Shown here: piece by piece, positions 29,786 to 39,261 of the stretch | How positions within the stretch are numbered: position 1 is the first letter of the stretch | Layout of the letters: each line of letters begins with the position of its first letter | IMG/VR virus record: IMGVR_UViG_3300025652_000110 | Span: 1 to 52,134 of that record | Reading direction: 5' to 3' (one strand) | DNA length: 52,134 bases | DNA from: a virus | Taxonomy: Duplodnaviria > Caudoviricetes | The notes under the pieces: generated by a model | What the model was told of the DNA's origin: nothing | Database searches by the model: none | Seen by the model: only the letters and a program-made list of their open reading frames with translations | Position numbers and translations under genes: made by a program

Positions 29786-30277
29786 TTACTCCTTTTTTTT
29801 AAATATTAATTTTGGATCCATATAGTATCCACCATAATGTGATTTTTGTAGTTGGTCTATTATGTCTTTTGCTAACCATGTAGCATGTTCGTTAATATTA
29901 ATTACATCACCAACAGATAATAATTCATTTTGGTTACGATCAGATTTTATAAATAGAAAGTGAGTTAATTCACCTTCACTTATATTTCTTGTCCACCAAT
30001 ATTTCTTATCGCCGTTTTTACCACCTACATTGAACCACTTATTATTTACTTCTTTGACATCTATATACATATCATCAAAGTAAAAATCATTTTTAATACT
30101 GTCAGTTTTACCAACTAAACCTAACGATATTAAATAGTATTCTAGTAATTGAGCATCTATATTTACTTCAGCTTTAGCGTAACCTAAGTCCCATTGGCTT
30201 TTTCTATATTCTATGAAACCTTCAGTTACAGGTATAGCGTTTAGATTGTTTATTATATTACTTAGACTCTCACTCAT
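29786..30277 (-). CDS. PD-(D/E)xK nuclease, T4 endonuclease IV (DenB)-like
   Basis: LLEYYL...DF...IDVKE..KWFNV and C-terminal KSHYGGYY, resembling DenB as I recall it. Confidence 0.5.
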   Translation of the reverse strand: MSESLSNIINNLNAIPVTEGFIEYRKSQWDLGYAKAEVNIDAQLLEYYLISLGLVGKTDSIKNDFYFDDMYIDVKEVNNKWFNVGGKNGDKKYWWTRNISEGELTHFLFIKSDRNQNELLSVGDVININEHATWLAKDIIDQLQKSHYGGYYMDPKLIFKKKE

Positions 30278-30313
30278 AGCATCTCCTTTTCATAATAATA
30301 TTATATCCGCCGA

Positions 30314-30334
30314 CTCTATAAGGGAGTGGTCGAA
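30314..30334 (-). promoter_or_regulatory. Candidate phage-RNAP promoter, copy 1 (TTCGACCACTCCCTTATAGAG)
   Basis: Exact reverse complement of 40421-40441; abuts the RNAP stop codon; T7-like CGAC...TATAG layout. Confidence 0.7.
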
Positions 30335-32770
30335 TTAACAAAAGAAATAGTCAGAATACATTAACTCTTTTAGATCGAGTTTTCCTTTTCTAGGTTCTGC
30401 TTCTGTAAATAATGGATCATTACTAATAATCTGACTTCTCATATCTTTAAATATATTCTTATCGTATATGTCAATAAATGTTTCTTTTGTTATATGTAGT
30501 AACTCAGGTACTTTTTCAGCATGAACACTAAAACTATCGTGTATAGCACCAAAGGATAGTATGCCTGATTTTTCAAGCTCTACAATAACTAATGACATAT
30601 GTGCTGCATCCATAGAATGCACATAATTAGGACTAATTCCTGATATCATTTCGTGCATTGCTGGACGTGTTGTTTGCTCATGAACAACGACTTGTATCCT
30701 ACCCTGTGTAAATGGTAGTTCTACTTTCTTTTTGTTCATAATCCACTTTTCGGACACACAAGGAAAGCCACTAGGACTCATCCAGCATACCGTATCTTCA
30801 TTTTGTTTGTCTACCCTATGCTTGACTAAGGCTTGTAAGTAATTTTTAATAGAAACAGGACCAGAACAAATTGCATTATAAGTCTGTACAAGATCTTTTG
30901 ACAGCTTTTTAGCTATTGTTTTTGTAATTCCGTACTTTGTAGTCATACCAGCGTCATAGCAGTCCATGTATATGATATCTGCTATACATTTAATACCAGC
31001 ATCATAAGCTTTTGTCATAGTTCCACGTTTACTAATACCTTTTCTGATCAGTTTCATCGGTATTTCTGCTAGTATTTTTCCTAAGTCAGTACCGACATTT
31101 CTATTAAGAATTCCTTTCGCTACGATTATATAAAAGTCAATTGGTTTTTCTTGTTCCATAAGTCCAACCATTCGACCAGCAACTTCATCTTTAGACATTG
31201 CAGCGAGGTGTTGAGTGCCATTAGATGAACCATCAATAGCTATTGGTAACTGTGAATAATGTTCTTCATCAGTTAATAGTGATCCATGATAAGCACATAT
31301 TTCAAAACATATAGATAAGAAAACCCAAGGTTTTTCTGCAGCCATCCAAATGTCTTTTGTTGCTATTGGATCTTCTGCTATATTCCAGAATAATTCAGTA
31401 TTTTCTTCAGACCATTTTTGTCTATCTTCTAATGACATTTTATCTACAGATAAGTCTGGTATACCGTCAACAACAAGATCACTTACATAATTTGTTTTAG
31501 TCCATTCTAACTTTTCTAATTCTTTAATAGTATATGATTGGTTATAACTATTAGCTGCATGTATTAATAAATATTTAAAACCAGTTTCGGTAACTAATTG
31601 TTTTTCTGCGAATTGTAAATGACCTCTTGCTAAGTCATTAGATTGATACGAAAAGTATGGATCTCGTGCATACACTCTACCACGAAAGTCTAAAAACATA
31701 GATAAGTAAAATGTATAAGACGCCCAACCATTAGGACCATGTATACTATTTAATATAGCATGATTGCGAGCTGCTTTTGATTGTGTTGCTAAGCATAATT
31801 GTTTTGCTGTCCACATAAGATTATGTTTGTCAAACAATTTGTTAAGTTTATTAATTTTCCGCAAGCATAATCTCATAGCTTTGCCATCTTTTTTAAGTGT
31901 ATTCTTGCGTTTTTCTTCTTTATTTAAAGCGTCTTCAATTGTCTTAACTGTTGTTGAATTGCCTTTATCAGGTTCAAATAATGATCCATTTCTATATAAT
32001 TTTGTATCTTTATATATTTTATTTATATTTTCTCTACGTATATCTTTTGCATCGAATTCTATTTCTGATCCATCTTCTGTTTCTAATTTAATAATTGTTT
32101 CTGTTAATTTATTTTCAAGTTTTTCACTTATCTTAGCTACGTTAGCATTAACGCACCATTTTACTTTTTCTAATCGATTAACTGCTTTTACATAATCTGA
32201 ATATTGATCTATTTCTTTTATAGAGCTTTTTATTAGTCGATCTTTAATACCATCAACCATTCTAGTATTCTTTCTCCAGGCAGGATATTGATGTCTTGAT
32301 ATACCTATTCTTTCTTTTTCATCTAATACAATATTTCCATATTTGTGAGCCATTTCTAAATGATACGGCTGCAACCTAACTTGTTTCTTCTTACCTTTTT
32401 CCATAATTTCTTCTATTGTAAAGAAAGGTTCTCGTGTTAATATTAAATACTCTTGATCGATAAGTGCATTTAATATTAAACAACCAAGTTTCATTTTAAG
32501 TACTATGTTTGCATTTTCAATTGCTAAATGTTTTACACATATTTCACCAACATTCATATTAGTGTTTGTCAACATTATTTTGCCTTCATGTCTTTGAAAT
32601 GTTGATGTTAAATAATTAAATGTTTCTTTAACTATGTTAACCATTCTAAAGTCGTCACGCAGGCAATTTGCATTTCTTATTTCTTTAACAGCAGAGTTGT
32701 TATTATTACTACTTCCGCTTTGCATTATTCTTTCTTCTATTGACCAAACTATTTCTTGTACGTTATTCAT
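30335..32770 (-). CDS. T7-like single-subunit RNA polymerase
   Basis: LDFRGRVY, IDGSSNGTQH, RKGISKRGTMTKAY, PNYVHSMDAAH, IHDSF, C-terminal YFFC. Confidence 0.95.
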   Translation of the reverse strand: MNNVQEIVWSIEERIMQSGSSNNNNSAVKEIRNANCLRDDFRMVNIVKETFNYLTSTFQRHEGKIMLTNTNMNVGEICVKHLAIENANIVLKMKLGCLILNALIDQEYLILTREPFFTIEEIMEKGKKKQVRLQPYHLEMAHKYGNIVLDEKERIGISRHQYPAWRKNTRMVDGIKDRLIKSSIKEIDQYSDYVKAVNRLEKVKWCVNANVAKISEKLENKLTETIIKLETEDGSEIEFDAKDIRRENINKIYKDTKLYRNGSLFEPDKGNSTTVKTIEDALNKEEKRKNTLKKDGKAMRLCLRKINKLNKLFDKHNLMWTAKQLCLATQSKAARNHAILNSIHGPNGWASYTFYLSMFLDFRGRVYARDPYFSYQSNDLARGHLQFAEKQLVTETGFKYLLIHAANSYNQSYTIKELEKLEWTKTNYVSDLVVDGIPDLSVDKMSLEDRQKWSEENTELFWNIAEDPIATKDIWMAAEKPWVFLSICFEICAYHGSLLTDEEHYSQLPIAIDGSSNGTQHLAAMSKDEVAGRMVGLMEQEKPIDFYIIVAKGILNRNVGTDLGKILAEIPMKLIRKGISKRGTMTKAYDAGIKCIADIIYMDCYDAGMTTKYGITKTIAKKLSKDLVQTYNAICSGPVSIKNYLQALVKHRVDKQNEDTVCWMSPSGFPCVSEKWIMNKKKVELPFTQGRIQVVVHEQTTRPAMHEMISGISPNYVHSMDAAHMSLVIVELEKSGILSFGAIHDSFSVHAEKVPELLHITKETFIDIYDKNIFKDMRSQIISNDPLFTEAEPRKGKLDLKELMYSDYFFC

Positions 32771-32771
32771 A

Positions 32772-33749
32772 TTAACTCTCCAGAAAATCGTTGAAGTTTG
32801 AATGCATTTGATCGTTCCAATCAGTATTTATTTTATCTGGAATAAACACATATGATTTTATGCCTTTCATTTTTAGTCGTTTAGCAAGTATATACGCTGC
32901 AGCTTGTCCAGTGAATGATGCATCGTTATCACCATATATTAAAACACATTCTACACCATTTGGCGGAATAAAGTTCTCTAAACAGTGAGCATTAGTTGCT
33001 GCGAAAGCTGGATATCCACAATCTTCACTAGCAGAGTATGCAGTTTCTATTCCTTCAGCGATACAAATTGTATTTTGACCATTTCCATCATCGCTATGAG
33101 ATGCAAGTACAGATTCTTCTTTCCAGTCATCACTTAGTCTTATAGCAGCTCCTGTAATAGTGCCTTTAGGCGGCATTATTTTTCTACTGTTTTTAAGATC
33201 AGCTTTCTCACCGTTTTTAGTATATGTAATATGAAATGAAACACCGTTACCTTCGAAATCTTTTATTACTCCTAGCATACACTCGTATTTACCAAGTGAT
33301 TTACCGTTTTCGTAATAATCTAGTGTTGCCTGTTTTAATCCGTTAGGAATATCAGCAATACCACGAGATCTAAGATATTGACCAACAGATCCATTATATT
33401 CTATTGGTTTGAGCTGTTTAGCTACATAATTTAACGCAGGACGTGGATCTTTCTTTGGTGCAGCTTCGACTTTCTCAATTTTACCAAGTCCCACTAGTGG
33501 TTCTATATGTTCTACGGCAGTACGAAAATCCCATTTGTACAGCTTTTGTACTAGTGTCCAGCCATTTCCGTTACCACATCCTCTACATAAGTACACTCCG
33601 TCACCATTCATATCTGTGAATGTATATCTATCTGTACCTCCACATAATGGACAAGGACCATTCTTATTTTGCAAGTATTTCTCGTCAACACCAAGTGTTT
33701 TGAGAATACCGTGCCATCTGCCTTTTACAGCATCTGTTACATCAGCCAT
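32772..33749 (-). CDS. DNA primase (P4-alpha-type Zn ribbon plus TOPRIM)
   Basis: GPCPLCGGTDRY..CRGCG, IAEGIETA, GDND, TDWND. Confidence 0.9.
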   Translation of the reverse strand: MADVTDAVKGRWHGILKTLGVDEKYLQNKNGPCPLCGGTDRYTFTDMNGDGVYLCRGCGNGNGWTLVQKLYKWDFRTAVEHIEPLVGLGKIEKVEAAPKKDPRPALNYVAKQLKPIEYNGSVGQYLRSRGIADIPNGLKQATLDYYENGKSLGKYECMLGVIKDFEGNGVSFHITYTKNGEKADLKNSRKIMPPKGTITGAAIRLSDDWKEESVLASHSDDGNGQNTICIAEGIETAYSASEDCGYPAFAATNAHCLENFIPPNGVECVLIYGDNDASFTGQAAAYILAKRLKMKGIKSYVFIPDKINTDWNDQMHSNFNDFLES

Positions 33750-33763
33750 TTTATTTCTCCTTA

Positions 33764-34075
33764 TTAATCTAGTAATTCTTTTCTTATACTATCTATTTCA
33801 CTTTTATAATTGTTAGCATATTCACCACTAACTTTTGGTTGGTAATGCTTCGACCATATTTTAAGTATTTCAGCTACTGTTGATCTGTCATACTCATCAT
33901 TAATGTCTATTTCTATTTCTATTTCACGTCTTACAGGCACTTTATCATTTATTACATCAGGATCTGCACAAGTATTTATTAATTTGTAATTTCCTGGTGG
34001 AATAGTAGATATATGACATAAGTCAAATACAAATTCTTGTTCGTTCCAGTCTTCGAATTTTAAATTTACTATCAT
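33764..34075 (-). CDS. Hypothetical protein
   Basis: GGAG RBS; operon context. Confidence 0.65.
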   Translation of the reverse strand: MIVNLKFEDWNEQEFVFDLCHISTIPPGNYKLINTCADPDVINDKVPVRREIEIEIDINDEYDRSTVAEILKIWSKHYQPKVSGEYANNYKSEIDSIRKELLD

Positions 34076-34079
34076 TTTA

Positions 34080-34502
34080 TTACTCCTTATAAGTTATGTT
34101 TCTATACCAAGGTATAGCTTTTTTTTCGCGTTCGTATGCTTCTTTTTCATTAGCTTCAATATCATCGAAGTCAAATCGATCTTCTACATACTGTTCTAAA
34201 TGAATTAATTCGTGTCTTAGTACTAAATTAAATTCATCTAGTATTTCTTTTATTTCATCATAGCTAATGTCTGCGTCTATTGTATTGCAAACAATATCTA
34301 TTTCTATTGGTATTCCTACACTTTCTGTTTCGAAATAAGGATTAAAAGCACCACACACAATAAAATCATGAGCTCTTACATCATAATCTTGTCGCATATT
34401 AACTTTAACTTTATTTTTATCTATTCGTTTGTTTATATACTCTACTAATTCAGTCAAGTTTATAATATCACCATAATATTTATTTACCATGTGATTCTCC
34501 AA
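34080..34502 (-). CDS. HExxH zincin-like hypothetical protein
   Basis: LRHELIHLEQY...EKEAY. Confidence 0.55.
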   Translation of the reverse strand: MENHMVNKYYGDIINLTELVEYINKRIDKNKVKVNMRQDYDVRAHDFIVCGAFNPYFETESVGIPIEIDIVCNTIDADISYDEIKEILDEFNLVLRHELIHLEQYVEDRFDFDDIEANEKEAYEREKKAIPWYRNITYKE

Positions 34503-34740
34503 ATAGTTCTTTTAACACTTCTTCATATATTTCCATTTTTGTCATCTTAATTTGTCGCCATCTTTTTCGTTTACCGTAAGTAGCTTGAATATTTTCGTAT
34601 ATATACTTCCGAACATCATCATCACTATATATTCTTGTGCCTTCAAACATTATCTTAATGTCTTTATATAGTTTGTCGACTAAGTGATATATGTAATTCT
34701 GATCTTCTTCGGTTTTAGTCGTTTCGTTTAGTTTGACCAT
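34480..34740 (-). CDS. Hypothetical protein
   Basis: Operon context. Confidence 0.6.
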   Translation of the reverse strand: MVKLNETTKTEEDQNYIYHLVDKLYKDIKIMFEGTRIYSDDDVRKYIYENIQATYGKRKRWRQIKMTKMEIYEEVLKELFGESHGK

Positions 34741-35122
34741 ACATATCTCCTAAAAGATCTTTTATTACTGCTGCTTTATTACTTATTTCATCACCAAGAA
34801 GTACAGGATACAAATTATCGTTTAAATATTCATCGATATAATCGTCAAATTCATATTCTAATATACTAATTGGTTCTTCTTCTGGTGTTTCAAAGTAATA
34901 ATAACCTAATGACCAAGCTTGCTTTAGATATTCTAACGCTAAGCCTTTTCTATTTTGAGCAATAAATCCAGTTTTCTTGTCGATTAAGATATTATATGAT
35001 TTTTCTATTTCTTTTAACTCACCAATCATTTCATCTTTTGCTTCTGATTTGTAAGTTTCATATAATCTTTCATAATCTGCTTCTCTTTTCCAGTCATTAG
35101 AGTCCATCCAGTATGTACTCAT
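34715..35122 (-). CDS. Hypothetical protein
   Basis: GGAGG RBS, ATGA overlap. Confidence 0.65.
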   Translation of the reverse strand: MSTYWMDSNDWKREADYERLYETYKSEAKDEMIGELKEIEKSYNILIDKKTGFIAQNRKGLALEYLKQAWSLGYYYFETPEEEPISILEYEFDDYIDEYLNDNLYPVLLGDEISNKAAVIKDLLGDMYGQTKRND

Positions 35123-35397
35123 ATCAATCCCTCCTTGTATTCATCATATAAATGATCTTCTCGCATTTGTTTTTCATTTTCTTTCTTTTCTTCTTGTTCT
35201 TCATCATACTCTTCTTGACTTAAACTTCTGCAATCAGATCCACAATCACTGCAGTAAGGTCTTGTGTCTTGATCTCTAACAACCTCACCGCAGCAATCTG
35301 AGTAGTATGTATAAAAGGTAGTATTAAAATAACCACTTATCATACTAACCAGCCTTTTCTTAACGCTTCTAACCATTGTACTACATATATTAAACAA
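35119..35397 (-). CDS. Zn-ribbon-like hypothetical protein (true start probably MISGYF)
   Basis: SDCCG...CSDC. Confidence 0.55.
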   Translation of the reverse strand: MFNICSTMVRSVKKRLVSMISGYFNTTFYTYYSDCCGEVVRDQDTRPYCSDCGSDCRSLSQEEYDEEQEEKKENEKQMREDHLYDEYKEGLI

Positions 35398-35461
35398 CCT
35401 GCAGACACAATAGAAGATAAAAACGCTGTATAAATTAAAAATAGTTTTATATATTTCATAA

Positions 35462-35863
35462 TTATTCCTCGCGTATATTTTCGTTAAGCATTTTTCTTAA
35501 AAGAATTGTTGCTAGTATTTCACTATTTAGCATATCAGTAGTTAAACCCATTGCATCAGCTTCTTCTAAGCTTTCGTTTAGTGATACATCATTTTCTATT
35601 AAATAGTTCATAGCGACACCATAATAGATTACTTCTTGTTCACTTATCCATTCACAAGCTTCGTCAATTGTTTCGAATTTATCTTCTTCACCTGACCACT
35701 CATTATGGACTACAAACATGATTCGTTCTGCTTTTATGCCTTTTTGATCGTGACTATCATAATTTTCATTATAATCTTTTAAAGCTTCTTCAGCAGTATC
35801 ATGATTGTAGACTCTTTCTACTGGTTCATCGTTATTTGCTACGTATATCGTCCAATCGTACAT
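35462..35863 (-). CDS. Highly acidic early protein
   Basis: D/E-rich; VIYY..AM.YL.END.SL.ESL motif. Confidence 0.7.
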   Translation of the reverse strand: MYDWTIYVANNDEPVERVYNHDTAEEALKDYNENYDSHDQKGIKAERIMFVVHNEWSGEEDKFETIDEACEWISEQEVIYYGVAMNYLIENDVSLNESLEEADAMGLTTDMLNSEILATILLRKMLNENIREE

Positions 35864-35967
35864 TTCTTTTTCTCCTTTGTAGTTTTTTATTTTTATTTGC
35901 TCTGTCCATCAATGTAGTAATTGATGCTAACAACGCATCGTGCGCTGCTTTTTGTATTTTTTCTGAT

Positions 35968-36201
35968 TTATTCATTATTTTCTCCTTCGTTATTAGCCCA
36001 TCCGATACAACCAATTGCATCTTTTGGGTAGCATTCTATTTCTGGTGGGTTATTATTATCAAATGCTTTACCCCAATTTGTTGTGCTTTCACAACCTGTT
36101 AAGATAAAGAATATAAATAATATAACGAAAAATCCTAATGCTCTTAATAGCCATTTCATTTCGTTATCCCACGGTACTAACCATTTTATAAAGTTTTTCA
36201 T
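35968..36201 (-). CDS. Putative lipoprotein
   Basis: Hydrophobic stretch ending in lipobox LTGC. Confidence 0.55.
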   Translation of the reverse strand: MKNFIKWLVPWDNEMKWLLRALGFFVILFIFFILTGCESTTNWGKAFDNNNPPEIECYPKDAIGCIGWANNEGENNE

Positions 36202-36203
36202 TT

Positions 36204-36470
36204 TTAGTCCTTAAATGCGAATAAAGTTCCAGCGTCGTATGGCTCGCAATACCATCCGGCTGCTTCTACTATTTTGTATAGTTTAGGATGTATTCCCATA
36301 GTACTTATATGACCATAGTTATCATATATTAGTTGACCATCTGTAGCGTAATCTTCACTACCTCGAAACCAGATTGAGTGTTCATAACCTTCAGCCCATT
36401 CTATACCTTCTGTTGCCATTGCTTCAGGCAACTCTTTGTCTATCTTTTTTATTAAAGTTTTTTGTTCCAT
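36204..36470 (-). CDS. Hypothetical protein
   Basis: GGAG RBS; GWYCEPYDAGT motif. Confidence 0.65.
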   Translation of the reverse strand: MEQKTLIKKIDKELPEAMATEGIEWAEGYEHSIWFRGSEDYATDGQLIYDNYGHISTMGIHPKLYKIVEAAGWYCEPYDAGTLFAFKD

Positions 36471-36480
36471 TTTTTACTCC

Positions 36481-36759
36481 TTATTTCATGACTAAATATT
36501 CACCCCAAAGATAATCTCCATTACGGTCTAATTCACCTTGAATTATTCCTTCTTCTAATGGATATTTCATCTCATCGTGATTATTTCCTTGTTTATCACC
36601 ATCTGATATAAATTGCTCCCAGACAGTGTCGCTTTTATGTTTGATCCAAAGTTGTCTATTTTTGATTTTCCAACTGTGCACCGTATCTAAATCATACGGC
36701 ACACTAAAGTAATCATAAACAGTATACTTTGCCTCAACAAGATATCTACTTTTTATCAT
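36481..36759 (-). CDS. Hypothetical protein
   Basis: Coupled ATGA overlap. Confidence 0.6.
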   Translation of the reverse strand: MIKSRYLVEAKYTVYDYFSVPYDLDTVHSWKIKNRQLWIKHKSDTVWEQFISDGDKQGNNHDEMKYPLEEGIIQGELDRNGDYLWGEYLVMK

Positions 36760-37280
36760 CTCTCTCCTTTTATTTTACTTAATATATGTGCTTTCTTATT
36801 TTTCAGCACTTCTTCTTTTAATAGTATTTCTGTATACTCAGCTTTCATTTTTTCTTTTTCAATTACTTCGTCTTTCTTACAATTGAACATCCAATTAGCA
36901 TAAGTATCTTTATGATAATATACATCAAAGTATTTAGCAAATCTATGAGGTAAAGATTGATCATACGCTCTAGGATGATATCCCATAGCTTTAGCATGTA
37001 TTGCTCTTGGACCTCTTGCCTTTAAACTTACTCTCATTAATGTAATCCAACTATCATTCATATCCCAATTGTATTTATAAGCTTTTGATCTTATATATTT
37101 ATTATGTGCAGCGCACTTTCTTTTAAGGCCTAATAATAATGGGTTATCTTTTTCACCGACACTAAACATATAACTTTCGCTACCTCTGTTTTCGTGATTC
37201 ATCATAACCATTCCGTGATGAGCCCAGTTTTCACCTTGATAATTTGTTGGTGCTAGTATTATATTATTTTTACTTTTCAT
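36756..37280 (-). CDS. Hypothetical protein
   Basis: GGAG RBS. Confidence 0.65.
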   Translation of the reverse strand: MKSKNNIILAPTNYQGENWAHHGMVMMNHENRGSESYMFSVGEKDNPLLLGLKRKCAAHNKYIRSKAYKYNWDMNDSWITLMRVSLKARGPRAIHAKAMGYHPRAYDQSLPHRFAKYFDVYYHKDTYANWMFNCKKDEVIEKEKMKAEYTEILLKEEVLKNKKAHILSKIKGER

Positions 37281-37289
37281 TATAGTCTC

Positions 37290-37745
37290 CTATTGAGTTA
37301 TTATTAATCCACCACTAGTTATATAACACCAGTCAGCAGACGTTATTTTCTTACCACTTTCTTCATATACAAACGACTTGTATTTATATGGGTTAAATGT
37401 AACAAAATGAAAGTTTTTAAACATTCGTTTACATTCCGTAGTAGGTTTGCCGTTCCAACCTAATACTTCGCCATTTTCTATTTTTGCAGTCCAATCTACA
37501 TTAGCAATAAGACTACGATTTTTATAAGGTGTGTATCCGTACAAATTCCATATTTTACCTACAGCTACAGCAACTACTTCTTTGATCTTGTTTTTACGGA
37601 TACGATGAACACCTGCTTCATTAACTTTAAATTTAGTATCTTGTAGAGTTAATGATGTGCAATGTCCAACAACTAAGTTTGTTCTTTCACACTGTATACT
37701 TAGTTTTTCATTGTGTAGATTTCTATATATTTTATATTTATTCAT
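37290..37745 (-). CDS. Phage hypothetical protein
   Basis: YRNLH...FKVNEAG...FNPYK pattern seen in phage early proteins. Confidence 0.65.
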   Translation of the reverse strand: MNKYKIYRNLHNEKLSIQCERTNLVVGHCTSLTLQDTKFKVNEAGVHRIRKNKIKEVVAVAVGKIWNLYGYTPYKNRSLIANVDWTAKIENGEVLGWNGKPTTECKRMFKNFHFVTFNPYKYKSFVYEESGKKITSADWCYITSGGLIITQ

Positions 37746-37962
37746 TATTTTTCTCCTTTTCTAATATTTCTTTTGCGTTAGGTGTCCATTGAGAATTAAT
37801 TTCTGGATGAACTGCTAACAAATCCGTTCTAGCTTTATTAGCTACTAACATTCTTGCTTTTATATTTTCAGAACTTTCTTTGTCTGGAGTTTCTTGATTA
37901 TCAAGTTCTGCTAAATTATCAGGATCGTTTATTTGATCGTGATAGTAGTCTGATATACTCAT
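37738..37962 (-). CDS. Hypothetical protein
   Basis: GGAG RBS. Confidence 0.6.
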   Translation of the reverse strand: MSISDYYHDQINDPDNLAELDNQETPDKESSENIKARMLVANKARTDLLAVHPEINSQWTPNAKEILEKEKNNE

Positions 37963-37975
37963 ATTTATGCTCCTT

Positions 37976-38203
37976 TTATTTTATATCTGTTATTCTAATA
38001 TCTATTACATTTATATTTCTAGCTATCATTGTATCTTTTACTAATTTTTTGATATTATTTCCTGGTCCAACATGGAACCAGTCTTTACCTTTTACGGTTA
38101 CTTCTGCATTATTGAAATCATCATATCCAAGTTTTATTTTATCAACTGTTGCTTTTAACTCGAACGTTATTTCTAACCATTGCATTCCGTCATGTTCTTT
38201 CAT
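37976..38203 (-). CDS. Hypothetical protein
   Basis: GGAG RBS. Confidence 0.6.
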   Translation of the reverse strand: MKEHDGMQWLEITFELKATVDKIKLGYDDFNNAEVTVKGKDWFHVGPGNNIKKLVKDTMIARNINVIDIRITDIK

Positions 38204-38204
38204 A

Positions 38205-38513
38205 TTACTTTCTCCTTTTATATTTATTTTTTATATCTTCCCATAGCGGATATTTACCCTTGCTATTTTTATGATATGTTATATATGTTACCTTATTTTT
38301 GATCTTTTTTGTAACAAGATGTTTTTCACCATTGATTACCATCGTTTCACATTCACAATACTTTTCAGGGTATTTTGTATATTTAGGTGCGAATAAACTA
38401 TCACAATTTTTACAACGAGGACCTTCAGCTTTAACTAATGATTCTATAATTGGTTTTTGTTGTAATTTTCTTGGTTTGAAATTACCAGTTTTCATCCATG
38501 ATGTTGTTGACAT
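38205..38513 (-). CDS. Basic Cys-containing hypothetical protein
   Basis: CKNC...CEC; GGAG RBS. Confidence 0.6.
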   Translation of the reverse strand: MSTTSWMKTGNFKPRKLQQKPIIESLVKAEGPRCKNCDSLFAPKYTKYPEKYCECETMVINGEKHLVTKKIKNKVTYITYHKNSKGKYPLWEDIKNKYKRRK

Positions 38514-38722
38514 TACTTTCTCCTTTGTTATATTAATTTGAAAAACTATATTTGTGACAATGAATTTTGAAAACTACATTTGTCACTCTTACTTCAGCAT
38601 TTACTTGGTCTTACAGTGTTTGTAGGACATTGTTTTTAGCTGTCTAACTTTGGTACAAATTGTCAGGTATATTGAATTCTCGAAGATAATACTCCTTATA
38701 TTATATAAATGACATTATTAAA

Positions 38723-38917
38723 TTATCTCTTAACTACGTTTTCTACTAGAGTACCCTCCATGTACATAGATAAAAGTCTTCCGGCTCTGTGCTTGTCAAG
38801 ATCAAACACCGCCATAAGATATGGACGAACACCAAACATATTGTGCTCGCCTGATCTTCTCAGTTTCTCCAGGTAGTTGAACGCCTCGAGTCTTACTTTA
38901 GGATGAAAGTTTTCCAT
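38723..38917 (-). CDS. Phage hypothetical protein
   Basis: YLEKLRRSGEHNMFG motif. Confidence 0.65.
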   Translation of the reverse strand: MENFHPKVRLEAFNYLEKLRRSGEHNMFGVRPYLMAVFDLDKHRAGRLLSMYMEGTLVENVVKR

Positions 38918-38927
38918 GTTAGCTCCT

Positions 38928-39146
38928 TTATTTAATCATTTTAGATAATCCGATATACTCTACAAGTGAATCGGTGTTTTTTATTTCTAATGGTAGTCTA
39001 ACATAAAATGCTCTACCTATGTTAATTTCAACAGCTTCAACTGCTTCTTTCACTGACATATTGTTTTTGTAATGTAACCATAACGCCATATCATTTCCAG
39101 TAAGCTCCGCTGTGAAATCAGTTTCACTGTCTCTAATTATTGACAT
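38928..39146 (-). CDS. Hypothetical protein
   Basis: GGAG RBS. Confidence 0.6.
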   Translation of the reverse strand: MSIIRDSETDFTAELTGNDMALWLHYKNNMSVKEAVEAVEINIGRAFYVRLPLEIKNTDSLVEYIGLSKMIK

Positions 39147-39261
39147 ATTTACTCCTTGTCATTAATTATCCTTAGTTGATCTAGTGCCATGTACACTAGA
39201 AGAGTGACAGAAGCAGCGAACACTGCTCCCATCACAACCATCAAAAATGCACTTGTATACA

